From Eubacteriales bacterium (GTDB lineage Bacteria; Bacillota; Clostridia; Oscillospirales; CAG-272): a stretch of 64,000 nucleotides of DNA. Positions 54,504-63,883 of the stretch are shown here, one piece after another. How positions within the stretch are numbered: the first letter of the stretch is position 1; the number at the start of each line of letters is the position of its first letter. The notes beneath the pieces are model-generated. The model made no database searches and was not told the origin of the DNA. It saw only the letters and a list, made by a program, of their open reading frames with translations. A program made the position numbers and the translations under genes. The stretch spans positions 9 through 64,008 of the forward strand of contig JBGVNP010000063.1 of assembly GCA_045125655.1 (NCBI GenBank), written 5' to 3'.

Positions 54504-55506
54504 TACTCTCACCTCCACTCTTGGCAAGTCTTTGCTTTTTGAGGTAAGTTTTGTCAGTCTTTATTAACAAATCTGAACACCAGATTATCATAGAAGGCAT
54601 AACGGTAAATACGCATATAAAACTCAAGAATACTCCCTTAGAGAGAACAAGACCTATATCGGTACCTATGGTAAAGCTCATAAGGAGCAATACAAGAAGT
54701 CCAACAACGGTTGTAGCGGAGCTGCTGGCAATAGATCTGACTGCATTTATTACCGCATTTATCATTGCCTCTACCTTGTTTTTATTTTCACTTGATTCAT
54801 ATTCCTGCTGATAACGGTGTAAAAGTATAATAGAATAGTCTATTGAAAGAACAAGCTGAAGAACTGCCGCAATGGAGAATGTTATATCCGCTACGCTTTC
54901 AAAGATTATATTCGAACCCATATTTATAAGTATTGCGACGCCGATTGACACAAGAAGCAGCACGGGTTCGATATAAGCGCGGCACATAATAAGTAACAAA
55001 ATAAGCATTATACTTACAGCCAAGGGAATAAGGGTGTCAAGTACATCCATATATCCGCCTGAATAATAAGTGTGTAGCGTATATTTATCGCCCAGATCGT
55101 CTTTAATAGTATTGATAACGGCATTTACCTTATTTGCATTTAATACGTAATCAGTGTGAACGATATACATGGTATACGTCTTTGTGTTGTAGTCGGATGA
55201 ATTTTCATCATAATCCACACCGGTAACTCCGTCATAAGTTTTGAGTTTTTGTAATATGGTAGGTTTTTGAGAATCGGTGAGATTTTCAAACATAATCTGG
55301 AAGCTATCCTTAAGCTCGACAACGGGGAACTCGCTATTGATTATTTCAAGTCCCTTGCGCATATCTGAGTCATTAGCCAAGTATTTTGTTTGGTCGCTGT
55401 TGACATTGACTGACGGTATCAAGAGCGCAAATACTAAGGCACAGACAATGCTGATTATGAAGAACACGAGTCTTTTTTCTACTAAAAAACGTGCAATCGT
55501 TTTCAT
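54496..55506 (-). CDS. MMPL/RND-superfamily transporter, first half-protein
   Basis: It has the same TM1 + loop + 5-TM architecture. The start is at the ATG after AGAGGA (MKTIARFLVEKR). Confidence 0.7.
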   Translation of the reverse strand: MKTIARFLVEKRLVFFIISIVCALVFALLIPSVNVNSDQTKYLANDSDMRKGLEIINSEFPVVELKDSFQIMFENLTDSQKPTILQKLKTYDGVTGVDYDENSSDYNTKTYTMYIVHTDYVLNANKVNAVINTIKDDLGDKYTLHTYYSGGYMDVLDTLIPLAVSIMLILLLIMCRAYIEPVLLLVSIGVAILINMGSNIIFESVADITFSIAAVLQLVLSIDYSIILLHRYQQEYESSENKNKVEAMINAVINAVRSIASSSATTVVGLLVLLLMSFTIGTDIGLVLSKGVFLSFICVFTVMPSMIIWCSDLLIKTDKTYLKKQRLAKSGGESNV

Positions 55507-55640
55507 AATTTTTCCTCTCATGGAATTTTATTATATTTATACAATTATATAATATTAAATCAACCTTAAAAATTCCTTAAAAATTTTATATAATCTCTAT
55601 TGTGTAAAATATTATGTTACTATATTTTTATTAAAAACTC

Positions 55641-55669
55641 TTGCAAAGTTATTCTAAAATTGTTATAAT
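55641..55669 (+). promoter_or_regulatory. sigma-A-type promoter for dxs
   Basis: TTGCAA, a 17-nt spacer, then TATAAT. Confidence 0.55.
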
Positions 55670-55703
55670 GTAATTTGAATAAATATGTAATGGAGAATTT
55701 TAT

Positions 55704-57572
55704 ATGTCAGAATACAAATATCTCGATAAAATAGATTCTCCTGCGGATCTTAAAAAGTTGCAGGAGGATGAAATAGCTCCGCTTGCACAGGATATCCGTG
55801 AATTTTTGGTTGAAAAGGTAACTAAAAGCGGTGGACATCTTGCATCGAATCTCGGTGTGGTTGAACTTACTTTAGCAATTCATCGTGTTTTTGACGTCCC
55901 TAAAGATCATGTAATTTTTGACGTTGGACATCAAAGCTACGTTCATAAGATCATTACGGGCAGAAAAGACAGGTTTGACGTTCTCAGAACTGGTGATGGA
56001 ATCAGCGGCTTCAACAAGCGAAGTGAGAGCGATGCCGATTGTTTTGGAACGGGACACAGCTCCACTTCTGTTTCTGCGGGGCTTGGATTTGCAACTGCAG
56101 ATAAGCTGCAAGGAAATGATGCTTATACTGTTGTTGTTCTTGGCGACGGCGCATTTACGGGCGGTATGGTACACGAGGCGCTCAATAATATCAATCGCGA
56201 TTTGAAATTGATTATCGTTCTTAATGAGAACGAGATGTCGATATCAAAAAATATAGGCAGCTTTGCAAAGATACTTACAAAGTTAAGACTTCATCCAAGC
56301 TATATAAATACAAAGAGCTTTGTGCGCGTGTTCGTTTCACATATTCCTTTCATAGGCAAGCCGCTTGTAAGGTTGCTTCGTAATTTTAAAAAGAGACTCA
56401 AGGATATTTTTTATGGCTCAAATTATTTTGAGAATCTTGGATTATTTTATGTAGGTCCAGTAGACGGAAACGATGAAAAGCAGGTTGAAGACGCTTTGAG
56501 GATCGCTAAATCCTGCAAGCAAAGCTCAATCGTTCACGTTAAGACGGTAAAGGGTAAGGGATATGCCCCCGCAGAGGAAAATCCTGCAAAGTATCACGGA
56601 ATTTCTCCAAGTAATACGAAATCTTGCAACAGTAGCTTTTCGGTTGAATTTGGAAAAATCATGTGTTCGCTTGCAGAACGTGATGATAAGGTTGTAGCAA
56701 TAACTGCCGCTATGCTTGACGGCACGGGACTTTGCAATTTTGCAGAGAAATACCCCGATAAAACATTTGACGTTGGCATTGCCGAGGAGCATGCGCTCAC
56801 GTTTGCTTGCGGTCTTGCGGCAGAGGGATTGAAGCCATATTTTGCAGTTTATTCTACGTTCCTTCAGCGTTCGTATGATAATATAATTCACGATATGGCA
56901 CTTCAGGGCTTGCCCGTAAAGCTTTGCATTGACCGAGCAGGTTTGAATGCCGCAGACGGCGCTACACATCACGGAATTTATGATATTGCAATGTTGTCAC
57001 AAGTGCCAAACGTTGCAATATATTTGCCGACCACCTATGAAACGTTAAGACTTGCTATTGAAGAAATGAATACGCTTTCTATCCCTTGTGCGGTGCGTTA
57101 TGGCAAGGGCGCTGAAAGACAAGAAATAATAGATGAGTTTTATTCGAGCGGTGCTTTGTCACTTGGAATAAAGAGTAACTTTACCGATGCGAGCGAGCTT
57201 GACGCGATAATAATTACACACGGCACCATTACATGCGAAGCAATCAAGGCAAAGGATATTCTTAAAAACGATGGCATAAATCTTGGTATCATTTTAGTTG
57301 AAAAAATAAGCTCATATTCTGCACTTGCAGAGGAAATCGCGGCTATTTTGCCTGAAAAATCCATAAAGCTTTTGACTCTTGAAGAAGAGATCAAGGCGGG
57401 CGGATTTGGAATGATGCTAATGGATAAGTTGTCCTGTAAGTCGATTATGAATAATAAATCTTCTAAGATTATCGCTCTTGAGGACAGTATGGCAGATAAG
57501 TACGGAGATGATATTTATGCTTCGTTCGGTCTTGATGCTAAAAGCATTGTATCAAAAATTAAGGATATGTAA
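55704..57572 (+). CDS. dxs: 1-deoxy-D-xylulose-5-phosphate synthase
   Basis: It has GGHLASNLGVVELT, GHSSTSVSAGLG, the TPP motif GDGAFTGGM and a transketolase-like C-terminus. Confidence 0.95.
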   Translation: MSEYKYLDKIDSPADLKKLQEDEIAPLAQDIREFLVEKVTKSGGHLASNLGVVELTLAIHRVFDVPKDHVIFDVGHQSYVHKIITGRKDRFDVLRTGDGISGFNKRSESDADCFGTGHSSTSVSAGLGFATADKLQGNDAYTVVVLGDGAFTGGMVHEALNNINRDLKLIIVLNENEMSISKNIGSFAKILTKLRLHPSYINTKSFVRVFVSHIPFIGKPLVRLLRNFKKRLKDIFYGSNYFENLGLFYVGPVDGNDEKQVEDALRIAKSCKQSSIVHVKTVKGKGYAPAEENPAKYHGISPSNTKSCNSSFSVEFGKIMCSLAERDDKVVAITAAMLDGTGLCNFAEKYPDKTFDVGIAEEHALTFACGLAAEGLKPYFAVYSTFLQRSYDNIIHDMALQGLPVKLCIDRAGLNAADGATHHGIYDIAMLSQVPNVAIYLPTTYETLRLAIEEMNTLSIPCAVRYGKGAERQEIIDEFYSSGALSLGIKSNFTDASELDAIIITHGTITCEAIKAKDILKNDGINLGIILVEKISSYSALAEEIAAILPEKSIKLLTLEEEIKAGGFGMMLMDKLSCKSIMNNKSSKIIALEDSMADKYGDDIYASFGLDAKSIVSKIKDM

Positions 57573-57583
57573 AGGAGGACGCT

Positions 57584-58894
57584 ATGAATTTATACGAATC
57601 AGGTGAAATGTATCTTGAAACAATATATGTCCTCACAAATCAAGGCAAGGATATTCGCGCAATTGATATTTGCGAGTATATGGGATATTCTAAGCCAAGC
57701 GTAAGCCGAGCACTCGGTATTCTCAAAAAAAGCGGTCATGTTACGGTTGACAAAGCAGGACATTTGAGTCTTACCGAAGAGGGTCGAGCGGTTGCCGAAA
57801 AGATTTATGCAAGGCACAAGCTTTTAACCGAGGTGCTTGTTTCAATTGGTGTTGATCCCGACGTTGCAAGTGATGATGCCTGCAAAATCGAGCACGATAT
57901 AAGTGATGATACCTTCGATGCGCTTAAGAATTTTGCTCAAAGCAGATTGGAAATAAAGACATCTGCATTATATTCGGGCAAAGTATCCCTTGCGGCTAAA
58001 TTAAAGTACAATAATAAGCTTGGGAGATTTGCAACTTATATCCATTCCGATATTGATGTGACTGGTAGGGTTGATAATTTTGTGCTTAAGGATGAAAAAA
58101 ATCTTGCATATCGAGAGGATCGATGCAAAAAAATAAGCGTTTTTGTGCCTTCTAGTTATGACGGTGTTACTACACACGATATTTTATATTTCTTTGATGC
58201 TCAAAATCTTTTTGGCTTGGCAGGGGATTACACCGAAAATGGCGATCCTTACGGTTCTTGGCAGCTTGATTTGGTATTGAGTGAGATTCACCGTCAATAT
58301 GGAAAGAATATAATTGTTGTTGGTATAGACAATGCCGATCCGTATAGGGAAGAAGAGCTATTTATGAACCCCGATATTTTTGGGGAGCTTTCTACCTTGG
58401 CTACAGATATGCCCGATGAGAGCTTTTCCAAGGGTTCTCTTGAGTATCTTGATCAGTTTATCAAGCAAACGCTTCATCCCTTTATAAAGGAAAAATATTG
58501 TGTTAATGATAATAATGTTGGCATAGGCGGATCGTCCATGGGTGGTATTGCGGCATTTTATTGCGGACTTACGGAGCTTGGCTTTTACAAATACGTGCTT
58601 TCGTATTCGCCTGCATACGGTCTTTATAAGATGAGCGCGTTTGAGAGATTCTTTGCAAGCAAAAATTTCGCCGAAAATCAGGAGTTATTGCCCAAGATAC
58701 ACATCTATTGCGGAGAGGGAGATGAGCTTGAAAAACAGCTTTCGGTTTCTGCGAGAGAGATGAAGGGAACGCTTGTAAAGCACGGATATTCTGCCACAAA
58801 GGTGTTTGAAACCTATGATATTGAAAAGCCGCACAACGAGGAAAGCTGGCGCTTGATATTGGGTGAGAGCTTTACTAAGCTTTTAGATTTATAA
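57584..58894 (+). CDS. fusion protein: DtxR/MntR-type metal-dependent regulator (N) + esterase-D/siderophore-esterase-like alpha/beta hydrolase (C)
   Basis: The N-terminal about 125 aa has a wHTH (YSKPSVSRALGILKKSGHV) and the metal-site region RHKLLTEVL....DDACKIEHDISD (DtxR Cys102/Glu105/His106 pattern). The C-terminal about 280 aa has the GGSSMGG nucleophile elbow and a late His (KPHNEESW), typical of the putative esterase family. Confidence 0.7.
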   Translation: MNLYESGEMYLETIYVLTNQGKDIRAIDICEYMGYSKPSVSRALGILKKSGHVTVDKAGHLSLTEEGRAVAEKIYARHKLLTEVLVSIGVDPDVASDDACKIEHDISDDTFDALKNFAQSRLEIKTSALYSGKVSLAAKLKYNNKLGRFATYIHSDIDVTGRVDNFVLKDEKNLAYREDRCKKISVFVPSSYDGVTTHDILYFFDAQNLFGLAGDYTENGDPYGSWQLDLVLSEIHRQYGKNIIVVGIDNADPYREEELFMNPDIFGELSTLATDMPDESFSKGSLEYLDQFIKQTLHPFIKEKYCVNDNNVGIGGSSMGGIAAFYCGLTELGFYKYVLSYSPAYGLYKMSAFERFFASKNFAENQELLPKIHIYCGEGDELEKQLSVSAREMKGTLVKHGYSATKVFETYDIEKPHNEESWRLILGESFTKLLDL

Positions 58895-58904
58895 TTGAAT
58901 TAAA

Positions 58905-58930
58905 AACGCCGATGATTATTCATCGGCGTT
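58905..58930. terminator. bidirectional hairpin between convergent genes
   Basis: AACGCCGATGA-ttat-TCATCGGCGTT overlaps the last codons of the recombinase gene. Confidence 0.65.
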
Positions 58931-59938
58931 CTTTATTTCGGATTTTTTAACACTTGCAAGGGGATTTTGCTCCATCGCAACGCGCATATTTTCATTCGAA
59001 ACATGTGTATATATTTGAGTTGTGTTTAACTGCTCGTGACCAAGAATGTCCTTGAGCACGCGCACGTCTACGTTTCCGCTTTGATACATAAGAGTTGCGG
59101 CGGTGTGACGGAGCTTATGCACCGAAAAATGCTTTGCTTCAAGTCCTGCTCGTTCGAGATATTTATAGACCATCCATTGAACTGTTTTGACGCTGATGCG
59201 CTTATTTAAACGGCTTAAAAACAGAGCTTTAGTCTGAACGGTTTCGTATTTTGGACTTTGGCGTATTTCAAGATAATCTCGAAGCACAGTTCTGCAAGCT
59301 TCGTTGAGATATATGATACGCTCCTTACTTCCTTTACCGAGAACGCGAAGGGAACGAAGCTCGCGATCTATATCGGTAAGGTTTATTCCAACAAGCTCGG
59401 ATAGACGCATTCCGCAGTTTAAAAATAGCGTGAGAATACAATAATCGCGCTCCTTGGTGTTTGATTCGGGATCATCGAGAACGGCTTGAAGGAGCAAAAG
59501 CGACTCGTCCAAAGTGAGAAATTTAGGTAAGGTCTTTTTGGGCTTTGGGGACTCGATATTGATTGCGGGATTATCCTCAAAATAGTTCTTTTTTGTGGTA
59601 AAATACTTATAAAGTCCCTTGATAGCAGAGAGCTTACGCGCCTTTGCGCTCCACATGTTTTTACGCGTATCACCTGTATAAAAAAGAAATTCATAAATCT
59701 GCTCGGTTTTTACCTTTGAGAGATATTCCGCGTCAATGCTTCGTATATCTATTTTATAAAATTCCTCGGATTCTATTTCAACTCCGTTTTCAATCGCCAA
59801 AAGGTAGCGAAAAAAGGTGCGAAGATCGAGCATATATTCATTTACGGTCTTTTCGGAGCAGCCTTGAATCGTGCGCTTGTAGATGGCAAATTGCTGTACC
59901 TGCTCGGAAAATTCGCTTAGAGATGGGAATGAACTCAT
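58916..59938 (-). CDS. tyrosine site-specific recombinase, XerC/XerD family
   Basis: It has an N-terminal SAM-like domain. The C-terminal catalytic motifs are RLSEL, HKLRHTAAT, LGHEQLNTTQIYTHV (R-H-R-H-Y pattern). The start is the ATG after GGAGG. Confidence 0.8.
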   Translation of the reverse strand: MSSFPSLSEFSEQVQQFAIYKRTIQGCSEKTVNEYMLDLRTFFRYLLAIENGVEIESEEFYKIDIRSIDAEYLSKVKTEQIYEFLFYTGDTRKNMWSAKARKLSAIKGLYKYFTTKKNYFEDNPAINIESPKPKKTLPKFLTLDESLLLLQAVLDDPESNTKERDYCILTLFLNCGMRLSELVGINLTDIDRELRSLRVLGKGSKERIIYLNEACRTVLRDYLEIRQSPKYETVQTKALFLSRLNKRISVKTVQWMVYKYLERAGLEAKHFSVHKLRHTAATLMYQSGNVDVRVLKDILGHEQLNTTQIYTHVSNENMRVAMEQNPLASVKKSEIKNADE

Positions 59939-60030
59939 ATCATACCTCCAATTATACAAAATCACTATTTATATTATATCATAAAAAAGTGAAAAAGGGA
60001 AGAGAAAATTAAAAAAATAATAAAAAAACA

Positions 60031-60056
60031 AAAAGGAGATGCAAAGCATCTCCTTT
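60031..60056 (-). terminator. intrinsic terminator after the tRNA
   Basis: The minus strand reads GGAGATGC-ttt-GCATCTCC followed by TTTTGTTTTTTT. Confidence 0.75.
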
Positions 60057-60133
60057 TGGCGTGCCATGAGGGATTCGAACCCCCGACCTTTTGGTTCGTA
60101 GCCAAACACTCTATCCGGCTGAGCTAATGGCAC
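60057..60133 (-). tRNA. tRNA-Arg (anticodon ACG), CCA encoded
   Basis: I folded the cloverleaf by hand. The acceptor stem is GTGCCAT/ATGGCAC, the D arm GCTC..GAGT, the anticodon arm TTTGG-CTACGAA-CCAAA and the T arm GGGGG-TTCGAAT-CCCTC. The discriminator is G, followed by CCA. Confidence 0.9.
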
Positions 60134-60285
60134 ATATCACTTTCTGCGACTCATATATATTAGCATATTTATCAGAATTTGTCAATACTTTTTTCAAAAA
60201 TCTTTGACTAAAAATTAATTTAATTATTATCTTAACTTGATATAGAAAAAGACCACTGAAAAAATCAGTGATCTTTATATTTGGA

Positions 60286-62286
60286 TTATACATCAATATC
60301 TTTAATATACTCACTGCCATGCTCTGCAATGAATTTCTTTCTTGCAGCGAGGTCGTCGCCAAGCAAGGTTTCAAAGATTACCTCGGTGAGATAGGGGTCT
60401 GCAGGGTCAACGGAGATGAGTCGGCGCGTTTCGGGGTTCATAGTGGTCTCCCACATCATCTTGGGCTCGTTTTCGCCAAGACCCTTTGAACGCTGGATAG
60501 TATATTTTGTGCCTTCAAGCTTCTTTAAAATCTCAACCTTTTCAAATTCGTCAAATGCGAAATAGGTCTTGTCCTTTGCGGTGATTTCAAACAAGGGAGT
60601 TTCGGCAATAAACACCTTATGCTCCTTTAGAAGTGTGGGGAGCAAACGGTAGAAGAGTGTGAGGAGAAGGGTTCTTATCTGGAATCCATCCTCGTCAGCA
60701 TCTGTACAAAGAATGATCTTTGACCATTTGAGGTCATTTATATCGAATGGATCAATATTGCCCTTGATCTTGCCCTTAATCTCTACGCCGCAACCGATAA
60801 CTCGGAGAAGGTCGGTTATTATCTCGTTTTTGAATATCTTATCATAGGAGCTCTTAAGACAGTTAAGCGTTTTACCTCTTACGGGAATGATTGCCTGGAA
60901 CTCTGCATTTCTGCCGAGCTTACAAGACGTAAGCGCAGAGTCGCCCTCAACTATATAAAGCTCGCGCACATTGGGGTCTTTGGAACGGCAGTTTACAAAT
61001 TTTTCAACCTTATTGGCAAAGTCCATCTTACTCTTAAGACTTTCCTTAAGCTGAATTCTTGTCTTTTCTGCAGATTCGCGTGAGCGACGGTTGAGAAGCA
61101 CCTGATTTGCAAACTTTTCCGCCTCAATGGGATGCTCCATAAAGTATATCTCAAGATTCTTCTTCAAGAACTCCGTCATCGCTTCATAAATGAAGGTGTT
61201 TGTGATGGATTTCTTAGTTTGGTTCTCATAAGAGGTCATCGTTGAGAAGCTGTTTATTACAAGGCAGAGACAATCCGCAACGTCTGTAAATTGAATCTTT
61301 GCCTCGGTTTTATTATACTTATTGGCGTTCTTAATATATTTATCAAGTGCGTAAACAAATGCGATCTTTACTGCCTTATCGGGAGAACCGCCGTGCTCAA
61401 GATAGCTTGAGTTATGGTAATATTCAAGTTTATTTACCGTATTTGAAACGCAGAATGAGAAATCTGCCTTGAGCTTATACTCATCTTTATCGTTTCTATC
61501 GCGTCCTTGAGTTTCAAGATGCCAAAGCACGGGCTCTGTCATTGCGCTATCACCGCACATTTCCTTGATATAGTCGGAGATGCCGTGCTCGTATTTGAAT
61601 GATTTTTTGGCAAATTTTTTGCCGTCCTCTTCAACGTGAAGCTCAAACTCGATTCCTGAGTTGATAACTGCCTGGCGGTGAAGCGTTTCCTCAAAGAAGG
61701 AAACGGGAATATTTATATCTGTAAAAACGTCAAGGTCGGGCTTCCAACGAATAACCGTACCTGTGCGCTTTTCGCCTCGTGCAAGCTCGCGTGTTTCAAG
61801 CTCACTTACGGGCTCTCCACGTTTAAAGTGGATAGAATGCTCGTAGGTGCCGTCATAGGAATAGACGTCCATATACTCGGAGCTGTACTGTGTGGCACAA
61901 GCACCAAGTCCGTTAAGACCGAGGGAGTATTCGTATGCGGAATCCTCGTTGTTATTATCATATTTACCGCCTGCATAAAGCTCACAGTATATGAGATCCC
62001 AGTTCCATCTGCCTTCTGCCTCGTTGTATCCAAGGGGAACGCCACGTCCGTGGTCATCTACCTCGATTGAGTGGTCTTTATATGCAGTTACTTTAATAAC
62101 GTTTCCGTGTCCCTCTCGCGCCTCGTCAACAGAGTTTGAAAGAATCTCAAAAAATGAGTGCTCACAACCCTCAAGACCGTCGGAGCCGAATATTACTCCG
62201 GGGCGGAGTCTTACGCGATCGGCTCCCTTTAACGCTTTGATGCTTTGGTTATCATATTGTGGGGTAGTATTTTTTGATTTTGCCAT
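60286..62286 (-). CDS. type IIA DNA topoisomerase subunit B (ParE/GyrB-like, divergent)
   Basis: It has a GHKL ATPase region (EILSNSVDEA, DDHGRGVP, LGLNGLGA), TOPRIM (ELYIVEGDSA) and DxD (CTDADEDG), then PVRGKTLN. The start is the ATG after GGAGAT. Confidence 0.8.
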   Translation of the reverse strand: MAKSKNTTPQYDNQSIKALKGADRVRLRPGVIFGSDGLEGCEHSFFEILSNSVDEAREGHGNVIKVTAYKDHSIEVDDHGRGVPLGYNEAEGRWNWDLIYCELYAGGKYDNNNEDSAYEYSLGLNGLGACATQYSSEYMDVYSYDGTYEHSIHFKRGEPVSELETRELARGEKRTGTVIRWKPDLDVFTDINIPVSFFEETLHRQAVINSGIEFELHVEEDGKKFAKKSFKYEHGISDYIKEMCGDSAMTEPVLWHLETQGRDRNDKDEYKLKADFSFCVSNTVNKLEYYHNSSYLEHGGSPDKAVKIAFVYALDKYIKNANKYNKTEAKIQFTDVADCLCLVINSFSTMTSYENQTKKSITNTFIYEAMTEFLKKNLEIYFMEHPIEAEKFANQVLLNRRSRESAEKTRIQLKESLKSKMDFANKVEKFVNCRSKDPNVRELYIVEGDSALTSCKLGRNAEFQAIIPVRGKTLNCLKSSYDKIFKNEIITDLLRVIGCGVEIKGKIKGNIDPFDINDLKWSKIILCTDADEDGFQIRTLLLTLFYRLLPTLLKEHKVFIAETPLFEITAKDKTYFAFDEFEKVEILKKLEGTKYTIQRSKGLGENEPKMMWETTMNPETRRLISVDPADPYLTEVIFETLLGDDLAARKKFIAEHGSEYIKDIDV

Positions 62287-62398
62287 TTTTATCTCCAAAA
62301 ATCATATAATCTTATAACTAAATATAATTATACCAAATATTTTCACATTTGAAAAGGGCTTTTTACAAAAAAATCGCTAATTTTCAACTATTTTTCTA

Positions 62399-62427
62399 TT
62401 GCAAATAAAGGGAAAAAGGATTATAAT
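62399..62427 (+). promoter_or_regulatory. sigma-A-type promoter for murD
   Basis: TTGCAA, a 17-nt spacer, then TATAAT. Confidence 0.5.
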
Positions 62428-62460
62428 ATAAAATAGGAGATTTTGTTTTTGGAGGTGGCT

Positions 62461-63870
62461 ATGAAAACGGTTGAACTCATTAAAAACAGAATAAAAAATG
62501 CACGTTGTGCGGTGCTGGGATTTGGTGTTTCCAATATCCCCCTCGTTGAGCTACTACTTGAATGCGGAAACGAGATAACAGTTCACGATAAAAATGAATT
62601 TCGGAAGCTTGATAGTCGCGCGCAGGAGTTTTCCTCTCGCGGCGTCAGATTTGTTACGGGGGATAATTATCTTGACAAAATTGATGCGGATATTATTTTC
62701 CGTTCTCCGGGAATTCGTCCTGATTACGAAGGAATCGTTAAAGCAGTAAGAAATGGTGCGGAGCTTATCTCCGAAATGGAGCTTTTTCTTGAATTGACCC
62801 CTGCACGTGTATTTGCTATCACGGGAAGTGACGGTAAAACTACAACAACCACCGTTACATACAAATTGCTTGAAAAGGAATTTGAAAATTCCGATACAAA
62901 TATTTACGTTGGTGGTAATATTGGTATGCCCTTGCTTTCGAGAGTCGGTGAGATGAGTGAAAAAGATATTTGTGTGCTTGAGCTTTCAAGCTTTCAGCTT
63001 TTCACTATGAGAAAATCTCCAGAACGCGCGGTTATTACGAATCTCTCGCCCAATCACCTTGATTGGCACGCGGATATGCATGAGTATATAGATGCCAAAA
63101 ACAATATTTATAAATATGGTTGTTCGCATCTGACTACAAATGCCAATAATGCGTACTGTCTTGAATTGATAAAGGATTGTGGGTGCGATGTAAGCCTGTT
63201 TTCAGCTCATTTGAACGCAGAAAAGATTATGGCGGGTATTGGCAAGAGTCAATCGGCATATTGTCTTAAAAACGGCTTTATTTGCCATTTGTGCGATGAT
63301 AAGATAGAATGTTTGCTTGATACTAATGAAATTTTAGTACCGGGTGCTCATAATATTGAAAATTATATGGCTGCTATTTCATTAACAGAGGGCATCGTTT
63401 CGAATGAAACTATAAAGTATATTGCTTCTACCTTTAAGGGTGTGGAGCATAGACTTGAGCTTGTTCGTGAGTTTGACGGAGTTAAATACTATAATAGCTC
63501 TATAGATTCAAGTCCCTCACGAACCGCAGCGGCGCTTTCGGCGCTCAAGGAAAAGCCAATAGTCATCTGCGGCGGATACGATAAAAATATTCCGTTCGAG
63601 CCACTTGCAAAAGCGCTTGACCAAAGAGCTAAGGCGGTAATTTTAACGGGGGCGACTGCAGAAAAGATATATGATGCGATTTTGAATGAAAAATCCTCTG
63701 TAAAGGTTTACAAAGAAAAGGATTTTGAAGGTGCCGTTTTGCTTGCAAGAAATATAGCTGAGCGTGGAGATACGGTTCTTTTATCTCCCGCGTGTGCTAG
63801 CTTTGATTTCTTTAAAAACTTTATGGAGCGCGGAAACAGATTCAAACAGATAGTTAATGATTTTAAATAG
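62461..63870 (+). CDS. murD: UDP-N-acetylmuramoylalanine--D-glutamate ligase
   Basis: It has the ITGSDGKTTTT P-loop and Mur ligase middle and C-terminal domains (GVEHRLE). The start is the ATG after GGAGGTGG. Confidence 0.9.
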   Translation: MKTVELIKNRIKNARCAVLGFGVSNIPLVELLLECGNEITVHDKNEFRKLDSRAQEFSSRGVRFVTGDNYLDKIDADIIFRSPGIRPDYEGIVKAVRNGAELISEMELFLELTPARVFAITGSDGKTTTTTVTYKLLEKEFENSDTNIYVGGNIGMPLLSRVGEMSEKDICVLELSSFQLFTMRKSPERAVITNLSPNHLDWHADMHEYIDAKNNIYKYGCSHLTTNANNAYCLELIKDCGCDVSLFSAHLNAEKIMAGIGKSQSAYCLKNGFICHLCDDKIECLLDTNEILVPGAHNIENYMAAISLTEGIVSNETIKYIASTFKGVEHRLELVREFDGVKYYNSSIDSSPSRTAAALSALKEKPIVICGGYDKNIPFEPLAKALDQRAKAVILTGATAEKIYDAILNEKSSVKVYKEKDFEGAVLLARNIAERGDTVLLSPACASFDFFKNFMERGNRFKQIVNDFK

Positions 63871-63883
63871 ATTGGAGAAAATT

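Noticed and set aside
54490-54510. Frameshift pseudogene of an MMPL transporter
   Set aside because: The second ORF has its own strong SD and an ATG that overlaps the stop of the first. This matches intentional translational coupling. It is kept as a low-interest finding instead.
58916-60133. Boundary of a prophage or ICE integrated at tRNA-Arg
   Set aside because: No phage or conjugation genes are present, and I saw no repeat of the tRNA 3' end. The flanking genes (dxs, topoisomerase B, murD) are core genes.
60286-62298. Calling this gene gyrB
   Set aside because: There is no dnaA-dnaN-recF-gyrB-gyrA context and no adjacent A subunit. The sequence diverges from both GyrB and ParE consensus strings, so I left the symbol blank.
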